Shown here: one piece after another, positions 31,843-41,298 of the stretch
How the letters are laid out: each line of letters opens with the position of its first letter
Position numbering within the stretch: the first letter of the stretch is position 1
Source: Candidatus Latescibacterota bacterium
GTDB lineage: Bacteria > Latescibacterota > UBA2968 > UBA8231
Assembly (NCBI GenBank): GCA_964291625.2
Contig: OZ220089.1
Span: 3,040,001 to 3,104,000, forward strand
DNA: 64,000 nt
Reading direction: 5' to 3'
Translations under genes and position numbers: made by a program
The notes under the pieces: generated by a model
Told to the model about the DNA's origin: nothing
Seen by the model: the letters and a program-made list of their open reading frames with translations, nothing else
Database searches by the model: none

Positions 31843-33627
31843 GTGAGATCGCTGGCCGCGGCGGCGGTCCTGGCGGCCGTCCTTGTCTCCGCTCCCGGCG
31901 CCGCGTCCCAGGGGGAGCCGGAGAACCTGTTCCCGAACCCCGGGTTCGACGAGTTCAGCGGCGACCTGCCCGCGGGGTGGAGCGTCGACTCCTGGAACCA
32001 GCCGTTGACCCGGGTGCGCACCGGCCGGCTGGCGCCCGGCCGCGATGGCACCGGCACCTGCCTCCAGGTCGAGCCGGGGACGCCGATGTCGGTGACCACC
32101 CTGCGCAGCCCGGCCTTCCCCGTCGCCGCGGACCGGGACTACCTCTTCAAGGGCTACTACGCATCCACGAGCCGGGGGATCACCACGAAGGAGCGCTGGA
32201 TCGACGCCGACGGGGTCTCCCTCAGCGGCCACTGGCTGGACGACGGAGAGGAGAAGGTCGGCTCCTTCGACATCGTGCTGCCGGACACCCAGGACCGCTG
32301 GATCGAGTTCTTCCAGGAGGTGCGTCCGCCCGAGAGTGCGCGGGCCCTGCAGGTCGTGGTGACCCGGCGATGGGTGGGCGGCCGGCTGCGCCTGGACGAC
32401 TTCTCGCTGCGGCCGGGCACGATCCGGGACTACGAGGAGGAGTTCTCCATCGCCGAGGTGGAGGACGAGGACTTCTTCCCCATCTACGGCTGGCTGACCC
32501 CGGGCAGCCCGGCGGACCAGTACGAGGGCATGGACACGGACCAGTACCACGCCGAGTACGCGGTGGCGAACTTCAACATCAATCTCGAGCTGGACGAGTA
32601 CGCGGGGTTCGGGGTGAAGTACCGCCCCCTGGGCGAGATGGACGACGCCAGGATGGCCGCGGCGGAGAGCGATCCCCGGGTGTGGTGGCTGGGCGGAGCC
32701 AGCGAGCCCGGGGAGGAGGAGTTCCCGCGCCTGGCGCGGGAGCAGGAACGGGTCCGGCGGCTGGCGCCCTCCAAGGGGTACTGGGTGGTCCTGTTCCCCA
32801 CGTACGCCGACGACTTCCACGGCGACCCGGAGGAGTACGACCACCACGTCAGGACCTTCCTGGAGATGGTGAAGCCGTCGGTGTTCACCTACGACCACTA
32901 CTGCATGGTCGGCCGGGACCCGCGCGTGCACGCCGACAGCTGGTACAGCCCCAACCGCGAAGGGGACTACTTCCCCAACCTGGAGATCGTGCGCCGGCGC
33001 TCTCTCGAGGCGGACGCGGAGTTCGGGGTGATCGTCTCCGTGGGGTCCTTCGGGCCGGTGCGCGGGGCCAGCGAAGGGGAGCTGCGCTTCCAGGCCTTCA
33101 CCATCCTCGCGTACGGGGCCCGCTCCCTTGGCTGGTTCACCTACCTGACCGAGATCCCCTACGGCCACTGGACCAACTGGGAGGACATGGTCATCAACCG
33201 CGACGGCACGCGGACCCGCCACTACTCGATGCTGAAGTACCTCAACGGGGAGGTCCTCGCCCTGGCGCCGACCCTGCTGCGGCTCGAGTCGACGGGCGTC
33301 TACCACACGGGGCCGGTGCCGCCGCTGACCCGCCCCCTCGAGGAATCGAAGCTGGTGGCGTCGATCAGCGGGGGAATGGGGCTGGTGGGCGAGTTCCGGT
33401 CGGCCGCGGACGGTCGGGACTACATCCTGGTGGTGAACCGCGACTTCATCGATCCGGCGACGTTCGTGGTGAGGCTCCGGGAGCCGGCCGACGACCTGCG
33501 GGAGATCTCGAAGCAGACCGGCCGGCCGCAACCCGTCGCCGGCGATGCGGCGGCCACGGGCGAGCTGACCCTCGCCCTCGGCGCCGGAGACGGCCGCCTG
33601 TTCCGCCTCGGGCCGACGTCGAGGTGA
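31843..33627 (+). CDS. Secreted protein with CBM-like N-terminal domain and putative glycoside hydrolase TIM barrel
   Basis: Signal peptide, NLFPNPGFD (CBM4/9-like start), FTYDHY, ELRFQAFTILAYGARSLGWFTY. Confidence 0.7.
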   Translation: MRSLAAAAVLAAVLVSAPGAASQGEPENLFPNPGFDEFSGDLPAGWSVDSWNQPLTRVRTGRLAPGRDGTGTCLQVEPGTPMSVTTLRSPAFPVAADRDYLFKGYYASTSRGITTKERWIDADGVSLSGHWLDDGEEKVGSFDIVLPDTQDRWIEFFQEVRPPESARALQVVVTRRWVGGRLRLDDFSLRPGTIRDYEEEFSIAEVEDEDFFPIYGWLTPGSPADQYEGMDTDQYHAEYAVANFNINLELDEYAGFGVKYRPLGEMDDARMAAAESDPRVWWLGGASEPGEEEFPRLAREQERVRRLAPSKGYWVVLFPTYADDFHGDPEEYDHHVRTFLEMVKPSVFTYDHYCMVGRDPRVHADSWYSPNREGDYFPNLEIVRRRSLEADAEFGVIVSVGSFGPVRGASEGELRFQAFTILAYGARSLGWFTYLTEIPYGHWTNWEDMVINRDGTRTRHYSMLKYLNGEVLALAPTLLRLESTGVYHTGPVPPLTRPLEESKLVASISGGMGLVGEFRSAADGRDYILVVNRDFIDPATFVVRLREPADDLREISKQTGRPQPVAGDAAATGELTLALGAGDGRLFRLGPTSR

Positions 33628-33651
33628 CCCGGGGCGGGTCAGCGGCCGCCG

Positions 33652-34611
33652 TCAGCTCTCCTTCGTGACCGCCTGGATCATGGCGGTGATGTAGCCGAAC
33701 TGGAAGGCCCAGGCCTGGCGCACCCGTCCGGAGACGCCCGGGGGCGAGGGATCGTCCGGGTGACCGGGCGCGTGGTCGGGCATCAGCATGTACGGGTAGT
33801 CGACCTCGTGCAGCACCCGCGCCACCTCGTGCATGTCCACGTCGCCCTCGTCGGGCCAGACCTCCTGGAAGTCGTGCAGGCCCCCCTTGATGTTGCGGAA
33901 GTGGATGTTGAACAGCTTCCGGCGCCGGCCGAATCGGCGCACGATGTCGTACAGCTCCCGGCCCGGGTCCTCCAGCCCCTCGGAGGCGACGCCGCAGCAG
34001 AAGTTGAAGCCGTGCCAGTCGCTGTCCACCAGCTCGCTGAAGCGCGTCAGGCCCTCCATGACCGGCCAGTTCCAGCGCTCGACGCCGCGCAGCACCGGCG
34101 CCGGCGGGTCGTCGAGGTGGCAGGCCATCTGCACGCGGTATTCCTCGGCCACGGGGATCACCCGCTCGAGGAAATAGCGGGCGCGCTCGAAGCACTCGTC
34201 GCGGCTCACCTCGCCGGCCTCGGAGAGGCTGTCGTTGTCGAACTCCGACAGCCGGAAGGTGCTGTACGAGGTGCCGCCCCGGCCGGGGGTGGACGGGGTC
34301 CGCTGGTGGGGGAGGACGCAGAAGTTGTAGTTGAGCCCCCGCAGTCCGGCGCGCCCCGCGTTCTCGATCCAGCGGCAGACCTCGTCGAGGTCGCGGTCCC
34401 GCTCCGGGTCCCGCGCCAGGGTGATGCTCCGGGGGAGGCCGATGTGGATCATCTCCAGCTCCACGCCTTCGGCCGCCGCCGCCTCGCGGTGGCGCGTCAG
34501 CGTGTCGACCTCGTTGTCCTCGACGGTGGCGTCCATGTGGGTGACGCCGTGGCGCACGAGGAACTGCAGCTCGTGGCGGCTCGTGCCGATGCCCTGAACT
34601 CCCGCGTACAT
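33652..34611 (-). CDS. uxuA: Mannonate dehydratase-like (UxuA family) protein
   Basis: YFLERVIPVAEEYRVQMACHLDDPP, NIHFRNI, DEGDVDM, LMPDHAP. Confidence 0.78.
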   Translation of the reverse strand: MYAGVQGIGTSRHELQFLVRHGVTHMDATVEDNEVDTLTRHREAAAAEGVELEMIHIGLPRSITLARDPERDRDLDEVCRWIENAGRAGLRGLNYNFCVLPHQRTPSTPGRGGTSYSTFRLSEFDNDSLSEAGEVSRDECFERARYFLERVIPVAEEYRVQMACHLDDPPAPVLRGVERWNWPVMEGLTRFSELVDSDWHGFNFCCGVASEGLEDPGRELYDIVRRFGRRRKLFNIHFRNIKGGLHDFQEVWPDEGDVDMHEVARVLHEVDYPYMLMPDHAPGHPDDPSPPGVSGRVRQAWAFQFGYITAMIQAVTKES

Positions 34612-34707
34612 GTCTTGCCTCCTGGTTGCGTCTTGGCGCCTTCGCCGGGGTCGCCCCCGGAGAGGCGCTAAGCTAACCAAGGGGTGGAGCCGGAGACAGC
34701 CGCGGGC

Positions 34708-34746
34708 GCCTTGACGAGCCCGCGTCCGGGACCGCTCTTATCGGCG
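34708..34746 (+). promoter_or_regulatory. Putative promoter box, near-identical to 39121-39159
   Basis: gccTTGACGagcccgcgtccgggaccgctcttatcggcg, upstream of the cupin in a divergent intergenic region. Confidence 0.5.
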
Positions 34747-34773
34747 GCCCCTGCGGGGAAGAGGAGATAACCG

Positions 34774-35136
34774 ATGACCGTCAAGAGATCCGGGGAGGTC
34801 GGCCTCGAGGAGGTGGCCGGCGCCACGTCGGCCGCCCGCCAGGTCCTGGTCGGCCCCGACCTGTCGCCGCATTTCGCCATCCGGCGCTTCGTCATGGAGC
34901 CGGGCGGCGGCATGCCCCTGCACACCAACGAGGTCGAGCACGGCCAGTACGTGCTCGCCGGCCGGGCCACGATCGTCCTCGGCGACGAGGAGGTGCGGGT
35001 GCAGGCGGGCGACTCGCTGCACATCCCTGCCCGGCTTCCCCATTCCTACACCGTCGAAGGGGACGAGCCCTTCGAGTTCCTGTGCGTCGTACCCAACGCG
35101 GAGGACGAGATCCGCGTCTTGCCAAAGGAGTCGTGA
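34774..35136 (+). CDS. Cupin domain protein
   Basis: PGGGMPLHTNEVEHGQYVLAG...GDSLHIPARLPHSY. Confidence 0.88.
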   Translation: MTVKRSGEVGLEEVAGATSAARQVLVGPDLSPHFAIRRFVMEPGGGMPLHTNEVEHGQYVLAGRATIVLGDEEVRVQAGDSLHIPARLPHSYTVEGDEPFEFLCVVPNAEDEIRVLPKES

Positions 35137-35870
35137 TGGGACAGAAGGAACGCAAGCTGCTCGAGGAGATCCGTCAGTTCGACACGCCCTCGGTGACCAA
35201 CGTGGTCGCCACCTATCCCTCCCACCCCCTGTGCCTGGGGCTCTACAACCCGCTGACCGAGAACTGGTACACCGACGACAGCCTGCGCTGCATGTACCCC
35301 GAGCTGGGGGCGCTGGCCGGGTACGCCGTCACTGCCGTGTACGGCCCCACGGAGCCGGGTTTCGGCCGCCTCTCCGGCATGGACGTCTTCGACGCCATCG
35401 ACGCCTCGGAGAAGCCCAGCGTGTTCTGCTTTCAGCAGAAGTTCCCGCCCGAGCTGGCCGGCAAGATCGGCCTCTCCGGCGGCAACATGACCACGGCCAT
35501 GAAGGCCATGGGCGCCGTCGGGGCGATCTCCAACGGGCCGTCGCGGGACATCGACGAGATCCGGCCCATGAAGTTCCAGTACCTGCTGAGCGGGATCACG
35601 CCCGGCCACGGCGGCCAGGAGGTGCACGCCATCAACGTGCCCGTCCACATCGCCGGCATGGACGTGGCCCCGGGCGAGATCGTGCACATGGACGAGAACG
35701 GGGCCTGCAAGTTCCCGGCCGACCGGCTCGAGCAGGTGGTGGAGAACCTGCACAAGCTGCGCGAGGAGGAGGAGGAGCGCATGGGCCGCCTCGCCAAGGC
35801 GAAGTCGTCGGCCGAGATCCGCGCCATCTTCTCGGGACAGCCGTACGGCGGGGCGAAGAAGAAGAAGTAG
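35136..35870 (+). CDS. RraA/HMG aldolase family protein
   Basis: GYAVT, GGNM...GAISNGPSRDIDEI, VAPGEIVHMDENG; TGATG coupling with the cupin. Confidence 0.85.
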   Translation: MGQKERKLLEEIRQFDTPSVTNVVATYPSHPLCLGLYNPLTENWYTDDSLRCMYPELGALAGYAVTAVYGPTEPGFGRLSGMDVFDAIDASEKPSVFCFQQKFPPELAGKIGLSGGNMTTAMKAMGAVGAISNGPSRDIDEIRPMKFQYLLSGITPGHGGQEVHAINVPVHIAGMDVAPGEIVHMDENGACKFPADRLEQVVENLHKLREEEEERMGRLAKAKSSAEIRAIFSGQPYGGAKKKK

Positions 35871-35894
35871 AAGTAGCAAGCCAGGGAACCCTCC

Positions 35895-37217
35895 GTGAAC
35901 TACAGCGACCAGGAGATCGCCCGCCAGCTTCGCCTGGCCGAGGACCAGCAACCCGTGCCCGGCACGGGACCGGGAACGCTGGACGAAGCGCTCTGGAAGC
36001 CGTTGTTGAGCGCCGAAGGCAGGGCCGACCCGGAAACGGCCCTGGAGAAGACGGGCCTTCTCGGGCGCGACGAACATGGCACGGTGCGGGCCACCGTCGC
36101 CGGCCTCCTCTTCTGCAGCCACACACCGGAGGAATGGCTGCCCAACGCCTGCATCACGGCCACCCACTACCGCGGTACCGACCGGGCCTCCGGCCAACTC
36201 GACACCCAGACGATCAGCGGCCCCCTCAACCGGCAGATCGCCGAAGCGGTCGCCTTCGCCGTGCGCAACATGCGCGTCGGGGCCTACAAGGATCCGGCTC
36301 GCATGGATCTGCCACAGTACAGCGCCGAGGCCCTGTTCGAGGCGATCGCCAATGCGGTGGCCCACCGCGACTATTCGATGCGCGGCAGCCGGATTCGCCT
36401 GTCCATGTTTGCCGACCGGGTGGAGATACAGTCGCCCGGAGCCCTGGCCAACAGTCTGACCATAGATGAGCTGGAGTACCGGCAGGCGACGCGCAACGAG
36501 GTCCTTGCTTCGGTCCTCGGCCGGATGCCGACCAGCGGCATCCAGGGGGCCGGTGGCCGGCTGTTCATCATGGAGCGCCGCGGCGACGGCGTCCCCGTCA
36601 TCCGGCGAGAGACCCGCGAACTCGCCGGGCGGCTGCCGCGGTTCGAGCTGGTTGGAGGTGTGGACCTTCGCGTCACCCTGCCGGCGGCCTCCACCGAGCC
36701 GAGTCCCGCCCGCGTGCTCGTGACCGTGCGCGCAGGCAACCAGCCGCTTCCCGATGCCGAGGTACTGGTCTTGTTCCCGAACAAGACCTGGAAGCGGGCC
36801 ACGACGGATGCGCTGGGCCAAGCCACCATCGGCCTGCATACGGCTGATCTGCCGATGACCGTGTTCGCCGCGGCTCACGGCTTTGGCGCGCACTCCAGAC
36901 GTGAGTGGATACCCGCGGACGATGGGCTCACCATCGAGCTCGAGCCGCTGCCCGGCGGCGGCGCCGTCATTCTGTTCGAAGACAGCGGCCAGGTTCCGGG
37001 GCTGAAGGGGTCGCTGAATCCGGTTCGAGACCCCCTCGACCGGACCTATCTCTACGCCTCGAACATCGCCATCAACCAGGGCCAGCAGCAGCCGGTGCAC
37101 TTCGTGCTCGGCGAAGACCTGCGGCTCACCGATGTCGACGGCGTCGAGATGATCGGGCGGATCGTGGAGATCGTGGGACGGTCCGCCCTGGTCGAGTATC
37201 GGCCGTTCAATCCGTGA
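35895..37217 (+). CDS. RecG-C/HATPase_c_4-type putative ATP-binding protein, apparently lacking the usual N-terminal AlbA_2 domain
   Basis: EAIANAVAHRDYS, DRVEIQSPG, RNEVLASVL, MERRGDGV. The N-terminus goes straight from RQLRLAED to QQPVPGT. Confidence 0.75.
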   Translation: MNYSDQEIARQLRLAEDQQPVPGTGPGTLDEALWKPLLSAEGRADPETALEKTGLLGRDEHGTVRATVAGLLFCSHTPEEWLPNACITATHYRGTDRASGQLDTQTISGPLNRQIAEAVAFAVRNMRVGAYKDPARMDLPQYSAEALFEAIANAVAHRDYSMRGSRIRLSMFADRVEIQSPGALANSLTIDELEYRQATRNEVLASVLGRMPTSGIQGAGGRLFIMERRGDGVPVIRRETRELAGRLPRFELVGGVDLRVTLPAASTEPSPARVLVTVRAGNQPLPDAEVLVLFPNKTWKRATTDALGQATIGLHTADLPMTVFAAAHGFGAHSRREWIPADDGLTIELEPLPGGGAVILFEDSGQVPGLKGSLNPVRDPLDRTYLYASNIAINQGQQQPVHFVLGEDLRLTDVDGVEMIGRIVEIVGRSALVEYRPFNP

Positions 37218-38193
37218 TACGGGCGGAGGCCGCGGCCTCCATGGCCGCGGTGTAGACCCGGCTCGCGGCCCACAGCCGCTGCCTGAGCTCCTCGGGCACC
37301 TGCAGCCTCGTGCCGGCGACCATCTCGTCCACGTGGGCCGGCGTCTCGGCGCCGCCGAGGACGCAGGTCACCTCGGGATGGGAGAGGACCCAGGCGACGC
37401 AGACCTGGGCCCGGCTGACGCCCAGCTCCGCCGCCGCCTCGTCGACCGCGGCGAGCATCGTCTCCAGGGGGGAGCCGCTCTCCACCGGCCCGCCCGGCGC
37501 CAGGGTGCCGCGGTCCATGGGGCCGAAGGCCAGCAGCCCGAGGCCTCTCTCCCGCAGCAGGGGGAACATCTCTTCCTCGTAGCGGCGGACCCGGGCGCGG
37601 CCGTCGTCGTGGACCTTGGTGCCGCCCACGGTGTAGTAGTCCTCCAGGCCGCAGGGAGGGGTGGTCCCCGCCGCCTCCGCGGCCTCCAGCAGGGCCCGCA
37701 CCGCCGCCGCCGCGTGGTTGGAGACCCCCCAGTGGCGGATGCGGCCCTCGTCGATGAGCCGCTGCATGCTCTCGCACTGGGCCTCGGGCGGGGTCTCGGG
37801 GTCGGGCTGGTGCAGCAGGTAGAGGTCGATCACCTCCGTGCGCAGCCGCCGGAGGCTGGCCTCGCACTGCTCGCGCAGGAACTCCAGGGTGAAGGGGACG
37901 CGGTCCCAGGCGCCCTCGCCCGAGGGCGGCAGCCCGGGCAGCACCTTGGTGCAGATCACGACCTCGTCCCGCCGCCCCTGCAGGGCCTGCCCCAGCAGGC
38001 GCTCGGAGCCCCCCCAGCCGTAGGCGGTGGCCGAGTCGAAGAAGGTGACCCCCACGTCGAGGCAGTGGCGCAGCACCGCCTCGCCCCGCGGGTCCGTCTC
38101 GTCGCGGGCCAGGCTCTGGAAGGCGGTCCCCTGGCACAGGCGGGTGACGCGCAGGTCGGTGGGGCCGAAGGCGGCGGTCGGCAGGGCGGTCAC
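37207..38193 (-). CDS. Aldo/keto reductase
   Basis: FFDSATAYGWGGSE, VICTK, SLRRLRTEVIDLYLLHQPD, GVSN. Confidence 0.9.
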   Translation of the reverse strand: MTALPTAAFGPTDLRVTRLCQGTAFQSLARDETDPRGEAVLRHCLDVGVTFFDSATAYGWGGSERLLGQALQGRRDEVVICTKVLPGLPPSGEGAWDRVPFTLEFLREQCEASLRRLRTEVIDLYLLHQPDPETPPEAQCESMQRLIDEGRIRHWGVSNHAAAAVRALLEAAEAAGTTPPCGLEDYYTVGGTKVHDDGRARVRRYEEEMFPLLRERGLGLLAFGPMDRGTLAPGGPVESGSPLETMLAAVDEAAAELGVSRAQVCVAWVLSHPEVTCVLGGAETPAHVDEMVAGTRLQVPEELRQRLWAASRVYTAAMEAAASARITD

Positions 38194-38995
38194 TTGTAGA
38201 GGGCCGATCCCTTGTCCTCGCGCCGGTAGTGGGGCGCCGAGATCACGGCCTGCTGTTGCGGGGTCAGCTCGTCGAAGAAATCGGCGGCGTGTACGTGCCC
38301 ATGATCCCCTCGGCCATGACCCCGGAGTTGTAGCGCAGGATCACGGTGCGGCGCTGGCTCCTGGCCGTCCACGGCAGGGCCCCGTGCATCAGGCACTCCA
38401 CGAAGAGGATGCCGTCGCCGGCGCGGGCCGGGATCTGCACGAAGCGGTCCTGGTGGGCCTCGTAGAGACGGATGTCGTCGGGGCAGGGGAAGTTGGCCCG
38501 GTGGCTGCCGGGCACGCAGGCGAAGCCGCCGTCGCCGGCCTCCACGTCGGTGAGCTGCACGGCGATGTTGGTCATGCCGCAGAACATGCGGCCGTTGCGG
38601 TAGTGGTAGCCCCGGGAGCGGTCGTGGGGCTCGCCCCCCTCGTGGAACCAGAAGCCCTCGGCGCCCTCGTCCATGGTGATGATGCTCAGCCCCTCCAGGC
38701 GGAACCCCGGTCCCAGCAGCTCCTCGAGGAAGCGCCCGCTGTTGGGGTGGGCGATCATCTGCCTGAAGACGTCGCAGTGGGGCTTCTCCCAGGTGAGCAT
38801 GCTGCCGAGGTCGCCGCGGCCCTGGCTGCCCTCGAGGGTCCGGGAGCCGTTGGCCAGGTCGCCTGGGCGGATCTGGATCTGGCCGGCGTGGTGGTCCACG
38901 GCGGCGTTGGCGGCCGCTACCTCCTCGGGCGACAGCAGGCCCTCGATCACCAGGTAGCCGTGCACGTCGAAGAGGTACTTCTCCGCTTCCGTCAT
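38190..38995 (-). CDS. Phytanoyl-CoA dioxygenase family protein (frameshift near 38282, probably an error or recent lesion)
   Basis: FDVHGYLVIEG, WFHEG, VPGSHRA, AGDGILF..LMHG. The tail DFFDELTPQQQAVISAPHY lies in another frame ending at 38190, with a short overlap with the AKR start. Confidence 0.8.
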
Positions 38996-39120
38996 TCCCC
39001 TTGCGGTCACCGGTGATCTCCTTTCGCCAGGGGCGGGACCCGCCTCGCCGGGCCACCTTCGGGGGCCGCCCGCGGGGGCGCCAAGATAGCGAAGCCGCGG
39101 GGCGGGAGACAGACGCAGCC

Positions 39121-39159
39121 GCCTTGACGCGCCCGCGGCCGGGACCGCTTATATCGGCG
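39121..39159 (+). promoter_or_regulatory. Putative promoter box, near-identical to 34708-34746
   Basis: gccTTGACGcgcccgcggccgggaccgcttatatcggcg upstream of the Gfo/Idh/MocA gene. Confidence 0.5.
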
Positions 39160-39183
39160 AACCCACCACCGGAAGGGAGACCG

Positions 39184-40392
39184 ATGGCCAAGAGCAAGGG
39201 CAAGCGGGTGAACCTGGCGATCGTCGGCTGCGGCGGCATGGCCGGCGCCCACCTGCGGGGATACGAGGAGCTGCTGCAGCGGGGCGAGGACCGCTTCCGC
39301 ATCGTCGCCGCCGTGGACGAGGCGAAGGAGCGGGCCGAGGGCTTCGCCGACCGCCTCGGCTCCGAAGCCGGCTGGGAGGTGGCCGCCTTCGGCAGCGTCG
39401 ACGAGCTGCTCGACAGCGGCCTGACGGTCGACGGCGCCGACATCTGCAGCCCCCACGGCCTGCACCACGTCCTCGGCTGTCAGCTCCTGCAGGCCGGCGT
39501 CAACGTCCTCATCGAGAAGCCGATCGGCATCACCGTGAAGGCATCGAAGAAGATCGCCGCCACCGCGAGGCGGCGGGGCCTGGTGGCGGCCACCGCCGAG
39601 CAGTGCCGCCGCGCCATCGGCCAGCGCACCATCCACTGGGCCTTCAACGACGGGCTGCTCGGCGATCCGACGATGTGGTGGGCGATCCAGGCGCGCTGGC
39701 AGGACCCGGAGCCCGTGGGCGGCTGGAGCTGGCGCGTCGACCGCCGGCTGGGCGGCTGCGGCATGGTCATGGACTCCGGCGCCCACTGGGTCGACACCAT
39801 GAGATACTGGTTCGGCGAGATCGACTCCGTCTTCGCTCGCGTCGAGCAGGTCCGCGACCGGCGGTTCCGCAAGGGCCGGCGCGTCGTCAAGGGCGCTCAG
39901 GAGGACTTCTGGACGGCGATCTTCAACTTCAAGAGCGGCCTCGCCGGCACCTGGTCGTGGACGATCTCGGCGCCGGGCAAGGGCTTTACCCAGCTCACCC
40001 TGGCCGGCACCCGCGGATCGATCATCGACTCCGACATCTTCCACCCCGCCGCCTTCCAGGCCAACGGCGAGTGCCAGCTCGTCGACGGCACCACCTACAG
40101 CATGGGCAAGCTGCAGGAGATGTACCTCGACACCCTCTCCGCCGCCCGCCGCGAGGAGCTCTTCCCCTACGGCATCACCGCCGGCGTCCCCCTCGAGCTG
40201 TGGGACTTCATCGACGCCCTCTCCCGCGGCCGGCCCGTGGAGATCGACGCCGAGGAGGGAATGCGCTCCAAGGCGGTGAGCGAGGCGATCTACGAGTCGG
40301 GCAAGTCCGGGCAGGTGGTCAAGGTGGCCGACGTGGTGTCCGGCAAGGTCGACGCCTGGCAGCGCGACCTGAACCGCTACTGGAATCTGTGA
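39184..40392 (+). CDS. Gfo/Idh/MocA family oxidoreductase
   Basis: AIVGCGGMA, NVLIEKP, GGCGMVMDSGAHWVD. Confidence 0.9.
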   Translation: MAKSKGKRVNLAIVGCGGMAGAHLRGYEELLQRGEDRFRIVAAVDEAKERAEGFADRLGSEAGWEVAAFGSVDELLDSGLTVDGADICSPHGLHHVLGCQLLQAGVNVLIEKPIGITVKASKKIAATARRRGLVAATAEQCRRAIGQRTIHWAFNDGLLGDPTMWWAIQARWQDPEPVGGWSWRVDRRLGGCGMVMDSGAHWVDTMRYWFGEIDSVFARVEQVRDRRFRKGRRVVKGAQEDFWTAIFNFKSGLAGTWSWTISAPGKGFTQLTLAGTRGSIIDSDIFHPAAFQANGECQLVDGTTYSMGKLQEMYLDTLSAARREELFPYGITAGVPLELWDFIDALSRGRPVEIDAEEGMRSKAVSEAIYESGKSGQVVKVADVVSGKVDAWQRDLNRYWNL

Positions 40393-40496
40393 AGGGGGCG
40401 GCCTTGGGACTCGCCGGGGGGTAGTTCATAAGTGACTATGAATCAATACGTTACGTAGCCTTCTGATCTGTCCCGGCACTGGCCGCAGAAAACCCC

Positions 40497-40525
40497 TTGA
40501 CAAGGGGTCTACATGTCCATATAAA
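40497..40525 (+). promoter_or_regulatory. Sigma70-type promoter
   Basis: TTGACA (40497-40502), 17-nt spacer, TATAAA (40520-40525). The -35 sits inside the palindrome accccttg-a-caaggggt. Confidence 0.75.
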
Positions 40526-40531
40526 AGCATA

Positions 40532-40606
40532 TACGCTTCTTTGTACCCCCCGTGCGGCAATGAGATCGCACGGCCCCCCGGGGCTCCGGCCCCGGGGATT
40601 TTTTTT
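40532..40606 (+). ncRNA. Candidate ~75-nt structured small RNA/leader upstream of the NYN gene
   Basis: Lies between the promoter and terminator. Hairpin ccgtgcg/cgcacgg (40550-40573) is followed by the terminator hairpin. Confidence 0.45.
40576..40606 (+). terminator. Intrinsic terminator preceding the NYN gene
   Basis: ccccggggc-tccg-gccccgggg followed by A and T8. Confidence 0.8.
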
Positions 40607-40633
40607 GCCCGGAGTGAAGAGGGAGGGGCTGTC

Positions 40634-41251
40634 TTGGAGCGAGTGTACGCATTCATCGATGGCTTCAATCTCTATCACGCCATCGATGAACTGAATTGTC
40701 CGCACCTAAAGTGGCTCGATCTATGGGCATTGGCCGAGCGGTTTGTTCTTAGGCGTACCCAAAGATTGGAGAAGGTCTTCCTCTTCTCGTCACACACTAC
40801 ATGGAAACCTGGATCGTACCGGAGACAGAGGATTTACTTCAAAGCTGTAGCGGCTAAAGGAGTCGAGATCCAACTGGGAAGGTTTCAGAAGGGAACGAGC
40901 GAGTGCAGGGCCTGCGGGCGGCGGTGGGAAACTCACGAAGAAAAGCAGACCGATGTGAACCTTGCATCATTCTTGATTGCATATGGGGGAGTCAAGGGAT
41001 ATGATCGTGCCATCCTCGTGTCCCAGGATTCTGACTTCTCCCTTCCTGTGCAGCTGGTCGAGAAATCTGGAAAGTCCGTCAGAGTGGTCCTTCCTCCGAA
41101 CCGGCGGTACGGAGGAAGACTGGTGCAACTTGCTTCGGAGAAGTCAAGGATTACAGTCCAACAGCTCATGGACTGCCAACTGGAGGATACTGTCCGGGAC
41201 AAGTCCGGTAGAGTTGTAGCACGTCGTCCACAGGAATACATGGAGAAGTGA
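40634..41251 (+). CDS. NYN (LabA/DUF88, PIN-like) domain nuclease with CxxC insert
   Basis: GGAGG then TTG at 40634; AFIDGFNLYH, CRAC, EEKQTDVNLA, LVSQDSDF; lower GC than neighbours. Confidence 0.88.
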   Translation: MERVYAFIDGFNLYHAIDELNCPHLKWLDLWALAERFVLRRTQRLEKVFLFSSHTTWKPGSYRRQRIYFKAVAAKGVEIQLGRFQKGTSECRACGRRWETHEEKQTDVNLASFLIAYGGVKGYDRAILVSQDSDFSLPVQLVEKSGKSVRVVLPPNRRYGGRLVQLASEKSRITVQQLMDCQLEDTVRDKSGRVVARRPQEYMEK

Positions 41252-41298
41252 GATGAGCTCATGGCCCCCCAGGTGAACACCTTCAGGAAGAGGACAGA

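Noticed and set aside
21676-38290. Programmed frameshifting at ~21685, ~26451 and ~38282
   Set aside because: No slippery heptamer or stimulatory structure is evident. One case is in a metabolic gene, so sequencing indels or ordinary lesions are simpler explanations.
40541-40633. N-terminal extension of the NYN ORF from TTG 40541
   Set aside because: It runs through the terminator and lacks an RBS; GGAGG precedes TTG 40634, just before the NYN motif.
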